Part shown: one piece after another, positions 1 to 7,882 of the stretch
How positions within the stretch are numbered: position 1 is the first letter of the stretch
Layout: each line of letters begins with the position of its first letter
Source: a virus
IMG/VR virus record: IMGVR_UViG_3300042542_002916
Coordinates: 1-64,000 of that record
DNA: 64,000 nucleotides
Strand: one strand, 5' to 3'
Notes under the pieces: generated by a model
What the model was told of the DNA's origin: nothing
Databases searched by the model: none
Seen by the model: only the letters and a program-made list of their open reading frames with translations
Made by a program: the position numbers and the translations under genes

Positions 1-1
1 C

Positions 2-586
2 AAAGACCTCTCACCTGAGGAAATTGACGCTCTAAAAGTAGAGAAAATGAATCGTGGAAAAGCACCAGTTGAATCAGGAAAATACACCCCTGATACTCAG
101 CCTAGAGATGCACAAGGAAAGTTCCGTTTAGTTCTAGCCCGTCTTAAGTCTGACTTAGGCACTGCTGGTCTTTCCCGTGTAGTTGAAAAGGTTGAAGAGG
201 CTGAAAACCTTGACAACGCTGGAGATTACAAGAAATCAGCTGAAGCAGCAGACGATTTGATGGGAATTATTGACCGATTGGACACAAAAGCATTGAATCC
301 TGAAGCTTTAGAGAACATTAGAAGCAGTTCCGCTGAGTTAGGAAAGGTTATTGCAAACCTTCCTTTTGCCTTCGGAGAGACTGCTACGAAGATTAGATTC
401 TCAGATGTTCCTCCAGCTCTTCAAAAGCTCATGGAAGACATGATTAAAAAGGTTGAAGACAAAATTGGTCAGGAAGATGCCGATATAGCAACTGAAGAAT
501 TGAAGAGCTTTATGTCTGGTGCTGATTACTACAACCAGTCAGAGATTTCCTCACAAATGGCGAAGCTTTTAAGGCTTCTTACCTAA
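2..586 (+). CDS. C-terminal part of a head-module protein (probably the prohead protease/head morphogenesis gene), truncated by the window start
   Basis: The frame is open from nt 2 (KDLSPEEIDALKVEK-M...), so the ATG at 47 is probably internal. Contains the YTPDTQPRDAQGKF motif seen in phage head-module proteins and lies directly upstream of the capsid gene. Confidence 0.5.
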   Translation, partial: KDLSPEEIDALKVEKMNRGKAPVESGKYTPDTQPRDAQGKFRLVLARLKSDLGTAGLSRVVEKVEEAENLDNAGDYKKSAEAADDLMGIIDRLDTKALNPEALENIRSSSAELGKVIANLPFAFGETATKIRFSDVPPALQKLMEDMIKKVEDKIGQEDADIATEELKSFMSGADYYNQSEISSQMAKLLRLLT

Positions 587-610
587 GAACCAGAAGTTGT
601 CTAAAAATCG

Positions 611-748
611 TACAATCACCTATTTAAATCCGATGTACTATTTAAATCAGGTGGAGTGCCTCCACGCGTTAAGCGTCTCGGAGTCCCTCGCCTCGACTGA
701 TCATAACTCACTAGAGCAACTTTGCTCTAACTAACTGCCCTAAGGAGG
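611..748 (+). promoter_or_regulatory. Capsid-gene leader: candidate -10 boxes (TACAAT 611-616, TACTAT 636-641), CTATTTAAATC direct repeat, hairpins and strong RBS TAAGGAGG
   Basis: Seen directly: CTATTTAAATC at 620-630 and 638-648; hairpin GTGGAG-tgc-CTCCAC at 651-665; hairpin TAGAGCAA-ct-TTGCTCTA at 712-729; TAAGGAGG at 741-748 before the GTG at 753. Confidence 0.5.
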
Positions 749-752
749 GACA

Positions 753-2885
753 GTGGACCGAATCAAAGAGATGATGGATCAGCTTGCTGAACTCGACGAC
801 AAACAAGTCGCTGAGCTCCAGAAGTCGATTATCAGCGAATTCGAAACGGTTGAGGGGGAGGACCCAACTCCACAATCAGTTGACGCGATGACGTCGCTTG
901 CCGACATGCTTGACTCCGTTCGTACAGAACTGAAGCAACGTGAGGCCGCAGTCACAGAGCTCGCCCAGCGGGCCGCTGAAGCTGCGACCCGTGTATACGG
1001 GCAAGATGGCGAAACCAAGGAAGATGGTTCTGATTCTTCCGAATCACCAAAAGAGATGCCTGCTGAAGAAGCAAAGCCAATGCCTGAAGCCGAAGCAGCA
1101 ATGCCTGCTGAGGATAAGAAGGAAGAAGCTCCTGCTGAAGAAGCAAAAGCAGCTCCAATGGAAGAGGAAATTCCAGTAGCGGATGCCCCAATGGCTGAAG
1201 CCCCAACACCTGCTGAAGAAGCTCCTAAAGTCGAAATGACTGAAGAAGAGAAAAAAGCAGAGGAAGAGAAGAAGAAGAACATGACCGAAGCGTCAACAGA
1301 GGTGGAAAAGACCGCCGAGCTCTCAACTGAAATCACAGCCGAGACAGTAACCGAGGCACCAGTTGCCGAAGTTCCAGTTACCGCATCAGCAGAAGACGAA
1401 GCAGCACCAGCTGCCGAAGCAGAAGCAGACGCACCCGCAGAAGCAGCAGAAGTAGCAGAAGATGCAGCAGAAGATTCAGCAGTAGCTGAAGACGATGCAG
1501 CAGCTGACGTTGCAGATGGTGCAGAAGCATCTATCAATGAAACACCAACAACAATTGAGCCAATGGCTCAGGAAACAATGGAGGCACCCGTGACCGCCGC
1601 TGCAAACAGCAACGACCTCACACCAGAGGTCCCAGCGGACCGCCGTCCTGTTGCTCAGGTATCAGCCGCTCCCGTGGCAATCACGGCAGGTGCAGATATT
1701 CCTGGCTATACAGCTGGCAGCCCACTGGATGACATGAGCGCCGTAGCAGAAGCTATGGCAAAACGCATTCATACGCTTCGTCGTGTGAATGGTGGAGATG
1801 GAGAACAACACATCGTTGCATCCGTATCCACATCATTCCCAGAAGCTCGCACCCTTACACAGGATGCAGAGTCCAACTGGGCTAAAGTCCAAGCCGTAAC
1901 AGGCCCAGAGGCACTTGTTGCTGCTGGTGGACATCAAGCACCATTTGAAGTCAAGTACGACATCTTTGGTCTAGGAACAACAGCTCGTCCAGTTCGTGAC
2001 GCGCTTCCTCGTTTCCAGGCTGATCGTGGCGGAATTCGCTTCATCACACCCCCTGTTCTTTCAGACTATGCAAACGCTGTTGGCGTATGGACTGCTGCTA
2101 ATGATGCAGCTACAACTCCAGACCCAGCTGCTAAGTCAAGCTTGACAGTGACAGCTGCAGCAGAAGTAACAGTAGCAACAGACGCTGTAACACTTCAAAT
2201 GCAGTTCGGTAACCTTGCAACTCGTGCATACCCTGAATTGATCGCTCGTCACAACGAGCTTGGTCTCATTCAGCACGCACGCGAAGCAGAGCAGAACCTT
2301 CTAGCGAAGATTGCAGCTGGTTCAACAGCTGTTACAACTACTTCACTAATCGGTTTCGGACGTGACTTCCTAGTACAGGTTGGTCGCGCTTCAGCTGCAT
2401 ACCGTTCACGTCACCGTCTAGAGGCAGATGCTCCACTACGCGTAATTATCCCAGCTTGGGTTAAAGACGCAATGGCAGCTGACCTTGCACTTGCAATGCC
2501 TGGCGACAACATGCTTAACGCATACGCAGAAATCGACGGCTACCTAGCTGCTCGTGGCGTAGTTGTGAGCTTCTCGCTTGACCAGAACGTTTACGGCTCA
2601 CAGGGTGCATCTGCACTTGTTGAGTTCGCAGACAGCTTCACTTGGTACCTCTTCGCTGAAGGAACATTCTTGTTCCTTGACGGTGGAAGCCTTGACCTTG
2701 GAATCATCCGTGATTCATCTCTAGTCGGAACTAACGACTACAAGATGTTCATTGAAACATTCGAAGGTGTTGCAAAGGTTGGTATCGAAGGTCTTGCAAT
2801 TACTTCAACCATCTCAGTGAACGGTGTAGCAGCAGCTCTCCGTGACACAACAGGTGGCGCAACAGCTGCAGCAGTCGAATACTAA
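753..2885 (+). CDS. Major capsid (hexamer) protein with a long acidic Ala/Glu/Pro-rich scaffold-like N-terminal region
   Basis: C-terminal ~430 aa (ITAGADIPG, LPRFQADRGG, FAEGTFLFLDGGSLDLGIIRDSSLVGTNDYKMFIETFEG) resembles cluster-B-type actinophage capsid hexamer proteins. Strong RBS and highly biased codon usage. Confidence 0.85.
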   Translation: MDRIKEMMDQLAELDDKQVAELQKSIISEFETVEGEDPTPQSVDAMTSLADMLDSVRTELKQREAAVTELAQRAAEAATRVYGQDGETKEDGSDSSESPKEMPAEEAKPMPEAEAAMPAEDKKEEAPAEEAKAAPMEEEIPVADAPMAEAPTPAEEAPKVEMTEEEKKAEEEKKKNMTEASTEVEKTAELSTEITAETVTEAPVAEVPVTASAEDEAAPAAEAEADAPAEAAEVAEDAAEDSAVAEDDAAADVADGAEASINETPTTIEPMAQETMEAPVTAAANSNDLTPEVPADRRPVAQVSAAPVAITAGADIPGYTAGSPLDDMSAVAEAMAKRIHTLRRVNGGDGEQHIVASVSTSFPEARTLTQDAESNWAKVQAVTGPEALVAAGGHQAPFEVKYDIFGLGTTARPVRDALPRFQADRGGIRFITPPVLSDYANAVGVWTAANDAATTPDPAAKSSLTVTAAAEVTVATDAVTLQMQFGNLATRAYPELIARHNELGLIQHAREAEQNLLAKIAAGSTAVTTTSLIGFGRDFLVQVGRASAAYRSRHRLEADAPLRVIIPAWVKDAMAADLALAMPGDNMLNAYAEIDGYLAARGVVVSFSLDQNVYGSQGASALVEFADSFTWYLFAEGTFLFLDGGSLDLGIIRDSSLVGTNDYKMFIETFEGVAKVGIEGLAITSTISVNGVAAALRDTTGGATAAAVEY

Positions 2886-2948
2886 GCCGACTAAACCGTA
2901 GTTAATTACTGAAGCAACGCTCAAGGTTCTAGGAAAGGAAGAGATAAG

Positions 2949-3836
2949 ATGGCATTCAAAGGAGTTTTTCCAGCGAGTGAGCTAATCCCTGCCCCCTGCG
3001 GAATCTTGAGCGTTGCTGATGTAACTAAGCACACAGCAAGAGAAACTGATGAGCGTTGGATTAGGAAGTTTTCAAAAGAATATCAAAGTCTTCCTTCTTA
3101 CGTTCGTTTGCTTACAGTAAACGATGAAACAGTAACTAACGGAACTCTTACAGATAATCAAACAAGACAAACTTACATTGATTACGTTCCTTTTAACATT
3201 GAAGTTGAAGATCTTAGTTCTACTTTTGGTCTTTTAGGTCAGGATCGAATTGCAGGCGTTAAAGCTGCATTAGAGGCTGTTACATCTAAAGGTTTAGAAA
3301 GAGAATTTTGGGAAGGTAAGGCTGCACAAGCTGAGGCAGGCGCCAATGGCAATATGTATCTCAGCAAAGCAAGCGCTGCAACTATCCCAGTTGATGCAGC
3401 AAAGAAGCCAGAAAATGCTTTGATGCTTTTAGAGCAAGCAATTTCTCTCTCACCAACAGGCCAAAACGGTGTCATTCATATGACCCGCGATGTGGCTTCT
3501 ATTTTAGGATCACGCCTTGTCTACAAAAAAGGCGATACAGAGAATTCTGGACGAGCAATGACTCGTCTAGGCACAGACGTCATTATTGGCTCTGGTTATA
3601 CAGGTAACGGTCCAATTGGACATGCGAACGCAACAGCGTCAGCAACCAACAAATGGATCTATGCAACTGGCCCAGTTGAAGTACATCTCGGTAAAATCGA
3701 GGTTGTAAACGATAACTTGGCTCAAGGAGCAGATGTTACAATTAACAACATGCGTATCAAGGCATTCCGCCCAGCGGCTGTCTACGCAGACCCAAGCATG
3801 CTTTACAGCATGCGAGTGACATTACCTAGCGACTAA
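2949..3836 (+). CDS. Probable major capsid pentamer protein
   Basis: Follows the hexamer gene. Motifs ALMLLEQA..GVIHM, TRLGTDVIIGSGYTG and WIYATGPVEV resemble the actinophage capsid pentamer family. Confidence 0.7.
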   Translation: MAFKGVFPASELIPAPCGILSVADVTKHTARETDERWIRKFSKEYQSLPSYVRLLTVNDETVTNGTLTDNQTRQTYIDYVPFNIEVEDLSSTFGLLGQDRIAGVKAALEAVTSKGLEREFWEGKAAQAEAGANGNMYLSKASAATIPVDAAKKPENALMLLEQAISLSPTGQNGVIHMTRDVASILGSRLVYKKGDTENSGRAMTRLGTDVIIGSGYTGNGPIGHANATASATNKWIYATGPVEVHLGKIEVVNDNLAQGADVTINNMRIKAFRPAAVYADPSMLYSMRVTLPSD

Positions 3837-3866
3837 TCCCAAACAAAGAAAAAGGAGAAAACTGGA

Positions 3867-4913
3867 ATGGCTACACAGGACTATGCGGCTAGCGTCCAAG
3901 GTGTGGCGATCCGAGTCACTAGACTGGACGCCTCAGGAACCTTGCTAAATGGAGCAGGGGATAGTTACACTACCTCGGCGTTCCTCCGTACATCATTTAC
4001 ACCCGAATATGAAGAGGGTGACGAAATCACAGAGAAGTCAGCTGACGGCACTGTATGCGTATCATACAAAGCCCCTGACACTCTAAAGCGCATTACTATG
4101 GAGATTGCAATTTGCGACCCAGACCCAGAGCTAACAGCTCTTATGTCTGGTGGTTTGCTTCTTCGTAAAAACTTTGGAAGCTATGCTTCCCCAGATAACA
4201 AGTCAATTGGTTGGGCCGCACCAGCCGTTGGCGACGACCCAGCAGGTAACGGCGTTGCCGTTGAAGTATGGTCATTCGCAGTTAAGGACGGAAAGCGTGC
4301 TTCAAGCCTTCCTTACTTCTACTGGGTATTCCCATACGTCAAGCTTCGTCAGTCAGGTGACCGTGTAATTGAAAACGGTCTTCTTGCTAACACCTTTGAA
4401 GGCTATGGTCTAGGAAACATTGAGTTTGATAGTGGTCTTGATGGTCGCTGGGAGTTCCCAGTTGCTACAGAGCGTCCATATGCATACTCACGCGCTTCAT
4501 GGGCACCACAAGGTCTTAAAGGCTTCTACCGCTGGTTTGCTGACTCAACTAAGACAGTTAACAACAAGTCTTTAACTTCAAACGTTGCAACACTTACAAC
4601 AGGTTCTGCACACGGATATGAAGTTGGTCAGAGCGTTACTGTATCTGGAGTGGACAGCACTTTCAACGGTACTTTCACAATCACAGCTGTTCCAACAACT
4701 ACAACCTTCCGCTATGCAAAGACTGCAACAGATGTTGCATCTGCAGCAGTTAGCCCAGTAGGAGCAGTTGTTCGTAACAAGGGTTACCTAGCTGTATCTG
4801 ATTTCACCTCACAAGGGTCAACATCTACATACAACGTTCCAGGTAGCGATACCTATAACCCAGATAACGCAATTGACTTCATCATCGCATCAGATGAGGA
4901 CCCAACAGCGTAA
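3867..4913 (+). CDS. Major tail protein with one inserted beta-rich 'HG..G..V.V.G...FNG' (FCCH-like) domain
   Basis: RVTRLDASG, YEEGDEITEKSADG and YFYWVFPY motifs of actinophage major tail proteins; followed by a terminator. Confidence 0.85.
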   Translation: MATQDYAASVQGVAIRVTRLDASGTLLNGAGDSYTTSAFLRTSFTPEYEEGDEITEKSADGTVCVSYKAPDTLKRITMEIAICDPDPELTALMSGGLLLRKNFGSYASPDNKSIGWAAPAVGDDPAGNGVAVEVWSFAVKDGKRASSLPYFYWVFPYVKLRQSGDRVIENGLLANTFEGYGLGNIEFDSGLDGRWEFPVATERPYAYSRASWAPQGLKGFYRWFADSTKTVNNKSLTSNVATLTTGSAHGYEVGQSVTVSGVDSTFNGTFTITAVPTTTTFRYAKTATDVASAAVSPVGAVVRNKGYLAVSDFTSQGSTSTYNVPGSDTYNPDNAIDFIIASDEDPTA

Positions 4914-4928
4914 CCAAGTAGTTAAGTT

Positions 4929-4988
4929 GGGGCGGGCAGTTGCCGAAAGTGTTTAACACTCGGTTGTCTGCCCGCCCCTTTTACTTTA
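4929..4988 (+). terminator. Intrinsic terminator after the major tail gene
   Basis: 11-bp stem GGGGCGGGCAG...CTGCCCGCCCC enclosing an inner stem, followed by TTTTACTTT. Confidence 0.8.
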
Positions 4989-5004
4989 TGTAAGGAAGGA
5001 CGGA

Positions 5005-6138
5005 ATGAGTAATCTTTGGACCGATGTCGAAGAGCTCGGCACATATGCTGATTCCGACTATGCCTATGAGGCAGTAAAAACAGCTTCCTACATGCTTTGG
5101 GCCCTATCAGGGCGCAAATTTAGTGGCGTTACAACAGTTACAGAGCGTTATGTGTCCGCTTATGACCCATACCTTCGCACAGGAGCTTCACGCTTAACCC
5201 ATACCCCTGTACTAATTGATGGAATGGTAGAAAACATCGTTAGTGGCGGTTCAGATTCAAGCCATGACTTTTTGGGAGACGGAACTTCATCATACTCTCG
5301 CGTACGCCTGCGTGGTCGCAAAGTAGTTGAGGTTCACTCTCTTCGTGACCAAAGCGGAAACATTATTGACCCTCAGACTTATTACTTGTCTGACCACTCA
5401 ACCATCTTTGGGACACCAAATGCAAAGTGGTCTTCATCAAACGTAGAAGTTACTTATACATACGGTTCCCCACCACCAACAGCAGGTCGTGCTGCTGCTC
5501 GTATCCTTGCACTTGAACTTGTAAAACTCTATGAAGGAGATGACACTTGTGCTCTTCCTCAGAGAGTCACATCTGTTGCTCGTCAAGGAGTTAGCTACAC
5601 AGTATTAGACAATCAGTCATTCATTGACGAACTTCGTACTGGTATCTACGCGATTGACCTTTTCCTCAAAACAGCCAACCCAGATAGAGCTCGCGCTCGT
5701 TCTAGAGTTTTCTCACCAGATACACCTCGTGCTCGCAGAATCATTGGCGCAAGTCCATCATTTGAGCTAAGCGCTTATGACCTTTACTTTAATACAGAGG
5801 GTGGATCAAATATCTATTATCTCAGTGAGTTTGGTGGAGACTTCTTAGAAGATGATGCAGCATGGACTGTCTATGCAGTCATATCTAATTTCACAAATAC
5901 AATCTCAAAAACTCTTACAAATGCAGCAGATTTAGACACTGTAGAGGGTACTATTAGACTTAGCGCTAGCTACGCAGACATTCTTTCTGTTCTAGGTCCT
6001 CGTGACCCAGGGACTTTAGATTTGTATGCATCTCGACCAAGCTTAGGTAACCCTGCTGTAAACGAAGTAATTAACCTTTTGAATAGCAACGTTATCTATC
6101 AGCTAGGAAATACTCAAAAGCCAATCGCGATAGTCTAA
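5005..6138 (+). CDS. Head-to-tail adaptor protein
   Basis: LWALSGRKF and CALPQRVTSVARQGVS motifs of cluster-B-type adaptors; gene position. Confidence 0.75.
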   Translation: MSNLWTDVEELGTYADSDYAYEAVKTASYMLWALSGRKFSGVTTVTERYVSAYDPYLRTGASRLTHTPVLIDGMVENIVSGGSDSSHDFLGDGTSSYSRVRLRGRKVVEVHSLRDQSGNIIDPQTYYLSDHSTIFGTPNAKWSSSNVEVTYTYGSPPPTAGRAAARILALELVKLYEGDDTCALPQRVTSVARQGVSYTVLDNQSFIDELRTGIYAIDLFLKTANPDRARARSRVFSPDTPRARRIIGASPSFELSAYDLYFNTEGGSNIYYLSEFGGDFLEDDAAWTVYAVISNFTNTISKTLTNAADLDTVEGTIRLSASYADILSVLGPRDPGTLDLYASRPSLGNPAVNEVINLLNSNVIYQLGNTQKPIAIV

Positions 6139-6157
6139 GACGAACGAAGGAAATGAC

Positions 6158-6664
6158 ATGCCAATAGTAGATGTATCTGGAGTAGATAACGGAGCTAAAA
6201 ACTTAGCCGAGTTTCTGCAAGAAGTTCTAGACCGAGTTATCACTTGTTACGGCTCATTTGATATGCCTCTACCTGCTCGTCGTTACTGGACTTTTGGTAC
6301 ACCAGCAGTAGATTGCGAACAACTTGTTGTCTCTATGATTCAAATGTATGTGGGAAGTCCAGGAGATGAAGCAACTGACCCTCGCAGATGTAATGACCCT
6401 CGTAGCGCTACTTTAAATATTTCTGTTTCTCGCGCAGTTCCTGTGTCTCAACAGAATGGTAATCCACCACCTGCAGATGACATTCAAGATGCTGCTGTCG
6501 TATCGGCATATGATGCTTGGGTATTAATGGAAAGCATTCAACAGCTAGATGCATGGGGCGATTTGGGTGGCTACGGTCTTGGGGTTATTGCAACTGTAGA
6601 CGCGGCTGAGCCAGAAGGCGGATTCTCAACTACTCGTATGACTATCACGATGGCGATTCCATAA
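6158..6664 (+). CDS. Head-tail connector/tail terminator-like protein
   Basis: Position in the connector module; PAVDCEQLVV and PEGG motifs. Confidence 0.55.
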   Translation: MPIVDVSGVDNGAKNLAEFLQEVLDRVITCYGSFDMPLPARRYWTFGTPAVDCEQLVVSMIQMYVGSPGDEATDPRRCNDPRSATLNISVSRAVPVSQQNGNPPPADDIQDAAVVSAYDAWVLMESIQQLDAWGDLGGYGLGVIATVDAAEPEGGFSTTRMTITMAIP

Positions 6665-7047
6665 TGGCAACTGTAGTCTTTCGTCAGCCAGCACTTACTA
6701 ACTATAAAAACTCACCTAGCAGCGATGTCGGTAGGTATTTAGCTAAAAAGGGTTTATTAATAACTGCTGCTGCTAAACGTCAAGTTGGGGTTAATACTGG
6801 AGCACTTCGTGCGTCTATCCATATGAGGCATTTTCGCGATACACGAGGACAATATGTTCGGATTGGGTCTTCTTTGCCATACGCAAGGCTCCATCACGAG
6901 GGAACTAGACCTCATTTAATTAGACCTAATACAAAACAAGTTCTGAAATTTGTCACTAGGGGGCAATTGGTTATTACACACTTGGTGAGACACCCAGGTA
7001 CAAGACCAAATCGCTACCTATCAGACAATCTCAGGTTGGTAAAATAA
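6664..7047 (+). CDS. HK97 gp10-like neck/tail completion protein
   Basis: VNTGALRASI...YARLHHEGTRPH..HPGTRPNRYL motif; TAATG translational coupling to the upstream gene. Confidence 0.75.
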   Translation: MATVVFRQPALTNYKNSPSSDVGRYLAKKGLLITAAAKRQVGVNTGALRASIHMRHFRDTRGQYVRIGSSLPYARLHHEGTRPHLIRPNTKQVLKFVTRGQLVITHLVRHPGTRPNRYLSDNLRLVK

Positions 7048-7103
7048 GCAGGAATGATTTATTACATTAGTAATAAGTCAAAGACACAAGATAAGGAAAA
7101 AAC

Positions 7104-7454
7104 ATGACAAATAGATTCAAGGACTTTGGGTCGGGTGGAGATGTAAATACCGCCCCCCTCTCGTTCAAAATTCATGGTGAGGAGTTTAATTGTCGTCCGA
7201 CAATTCAAGGTAAATCTCTCCTCAACATCGTTGCCAATACTGACATTAATGACGGTATGGGTATGGCTAAGGTAATTAATGACTTCTTCGAAGTTTGTTT
7301 ACTAGAAGAAAGCTTTACGCGTTTTGAATCCCTTCTAACAAATCCAGACAAAATTGTCTCGGTCGAGACCTTGGGTGAAATCACCGCATGGCTCGTAGAG
7401 GAGTATTCAAGCCGCCCTACGCCGCAGCCAGAGCCTTCCTTGAGTGGGCAGTAG
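7104..7454 (+). CDS. Tail assembly chaperone (gpG-like)
   Basis: Two genes before the tape measure gene; ends ...EEYSSRPT; overlaps a downstream -1 frame ORF. Confidence 0.75.
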   Translation: MTNRFKDFGSGGDVNTAPLSFKIHGEEFNCRPTIQGKSLLNIVANTDINDGMGMAKVINDFFEVCLLEESFTRFESLLTNPDKIVSVETLGEITAWLVEEYSSRPTPQPEPSLSGQ

Positions 7455-7855
7455 ATCTCTGGCCTTACGTTAATGGGAAAGCAATTATGAGTGGACTAAG
7501 ACTAGCTGAGATGGAGGCTTCAAACATGTGTGATGTTTTGCATTATTTCATGGAAGAAGACCTATCCGCATCTACTGCTGAACAAGCAGAAGCTAAGTCT
7601 GAAGCTCGTTCTGTGATCTATAGAACGTTGTATGGAAAAACTTATAAATATGCAATGAACAAGTCATCAAGTAGTGGAAGTTCTTCTTACACCGCTGATG
7701 GAAGTTCGCTCCCAGATGGTGGATTTTATGGTGACTTAGATGTTGAACCATTTGATCCAACAAGAAACGTACAAAAACCTTATGTCCCGCCAACAGAGTT
7801 GAACGAAGACAGTTATCTGCCTTTCGGTAAAACTCTAGACGCACCATTAAATTAA
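7388..7855 (+). CDS. Tail assembly chaperone extension (gpT-like), probably reached by a -1 frameshift
   Basis: In the -1 frame relative to 7104..7454 with a 67-nt overlap; no good RBS; directly precedes the tape measure gene. Confidence 0.65.
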   Translation: MARRGVFKPPYAAARAFLEWAVDLWPYVNGKAIMSGLRLAEMEASNMCDVLHYFMEEDLSASTAEQAEAKSEARSVIYRTLYGKTYKYAMNKSSSSGSSSYTADGSSLPDGGFYGDLDVEPFDPTRNVQKPYVPPTELNEDSYLPFGKTLDAPLN

Positions 7856-7882
7856 CTATAAATACGAAGGAGGTGAGAGCGC

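Noticed and set aside
779-1537. 252-aa antisense ORF, and similar long antisense or alternate-frame ORFs over repeats (e.g. 16182..16916, 32382..32723, 34229..34660, 53510..54043)
   Set aside because: Shadow ORFs produced by low-complexity, codon-biased sense genes; no RBS and no protein-like features.
4929-4988. tRNA or other ncRNA in the long hairpin after the major tail gene
   Set aside because: A single extended stem followed by a U-tract fits an intrinsic terminator; no cloverleaf or T-loop motif.
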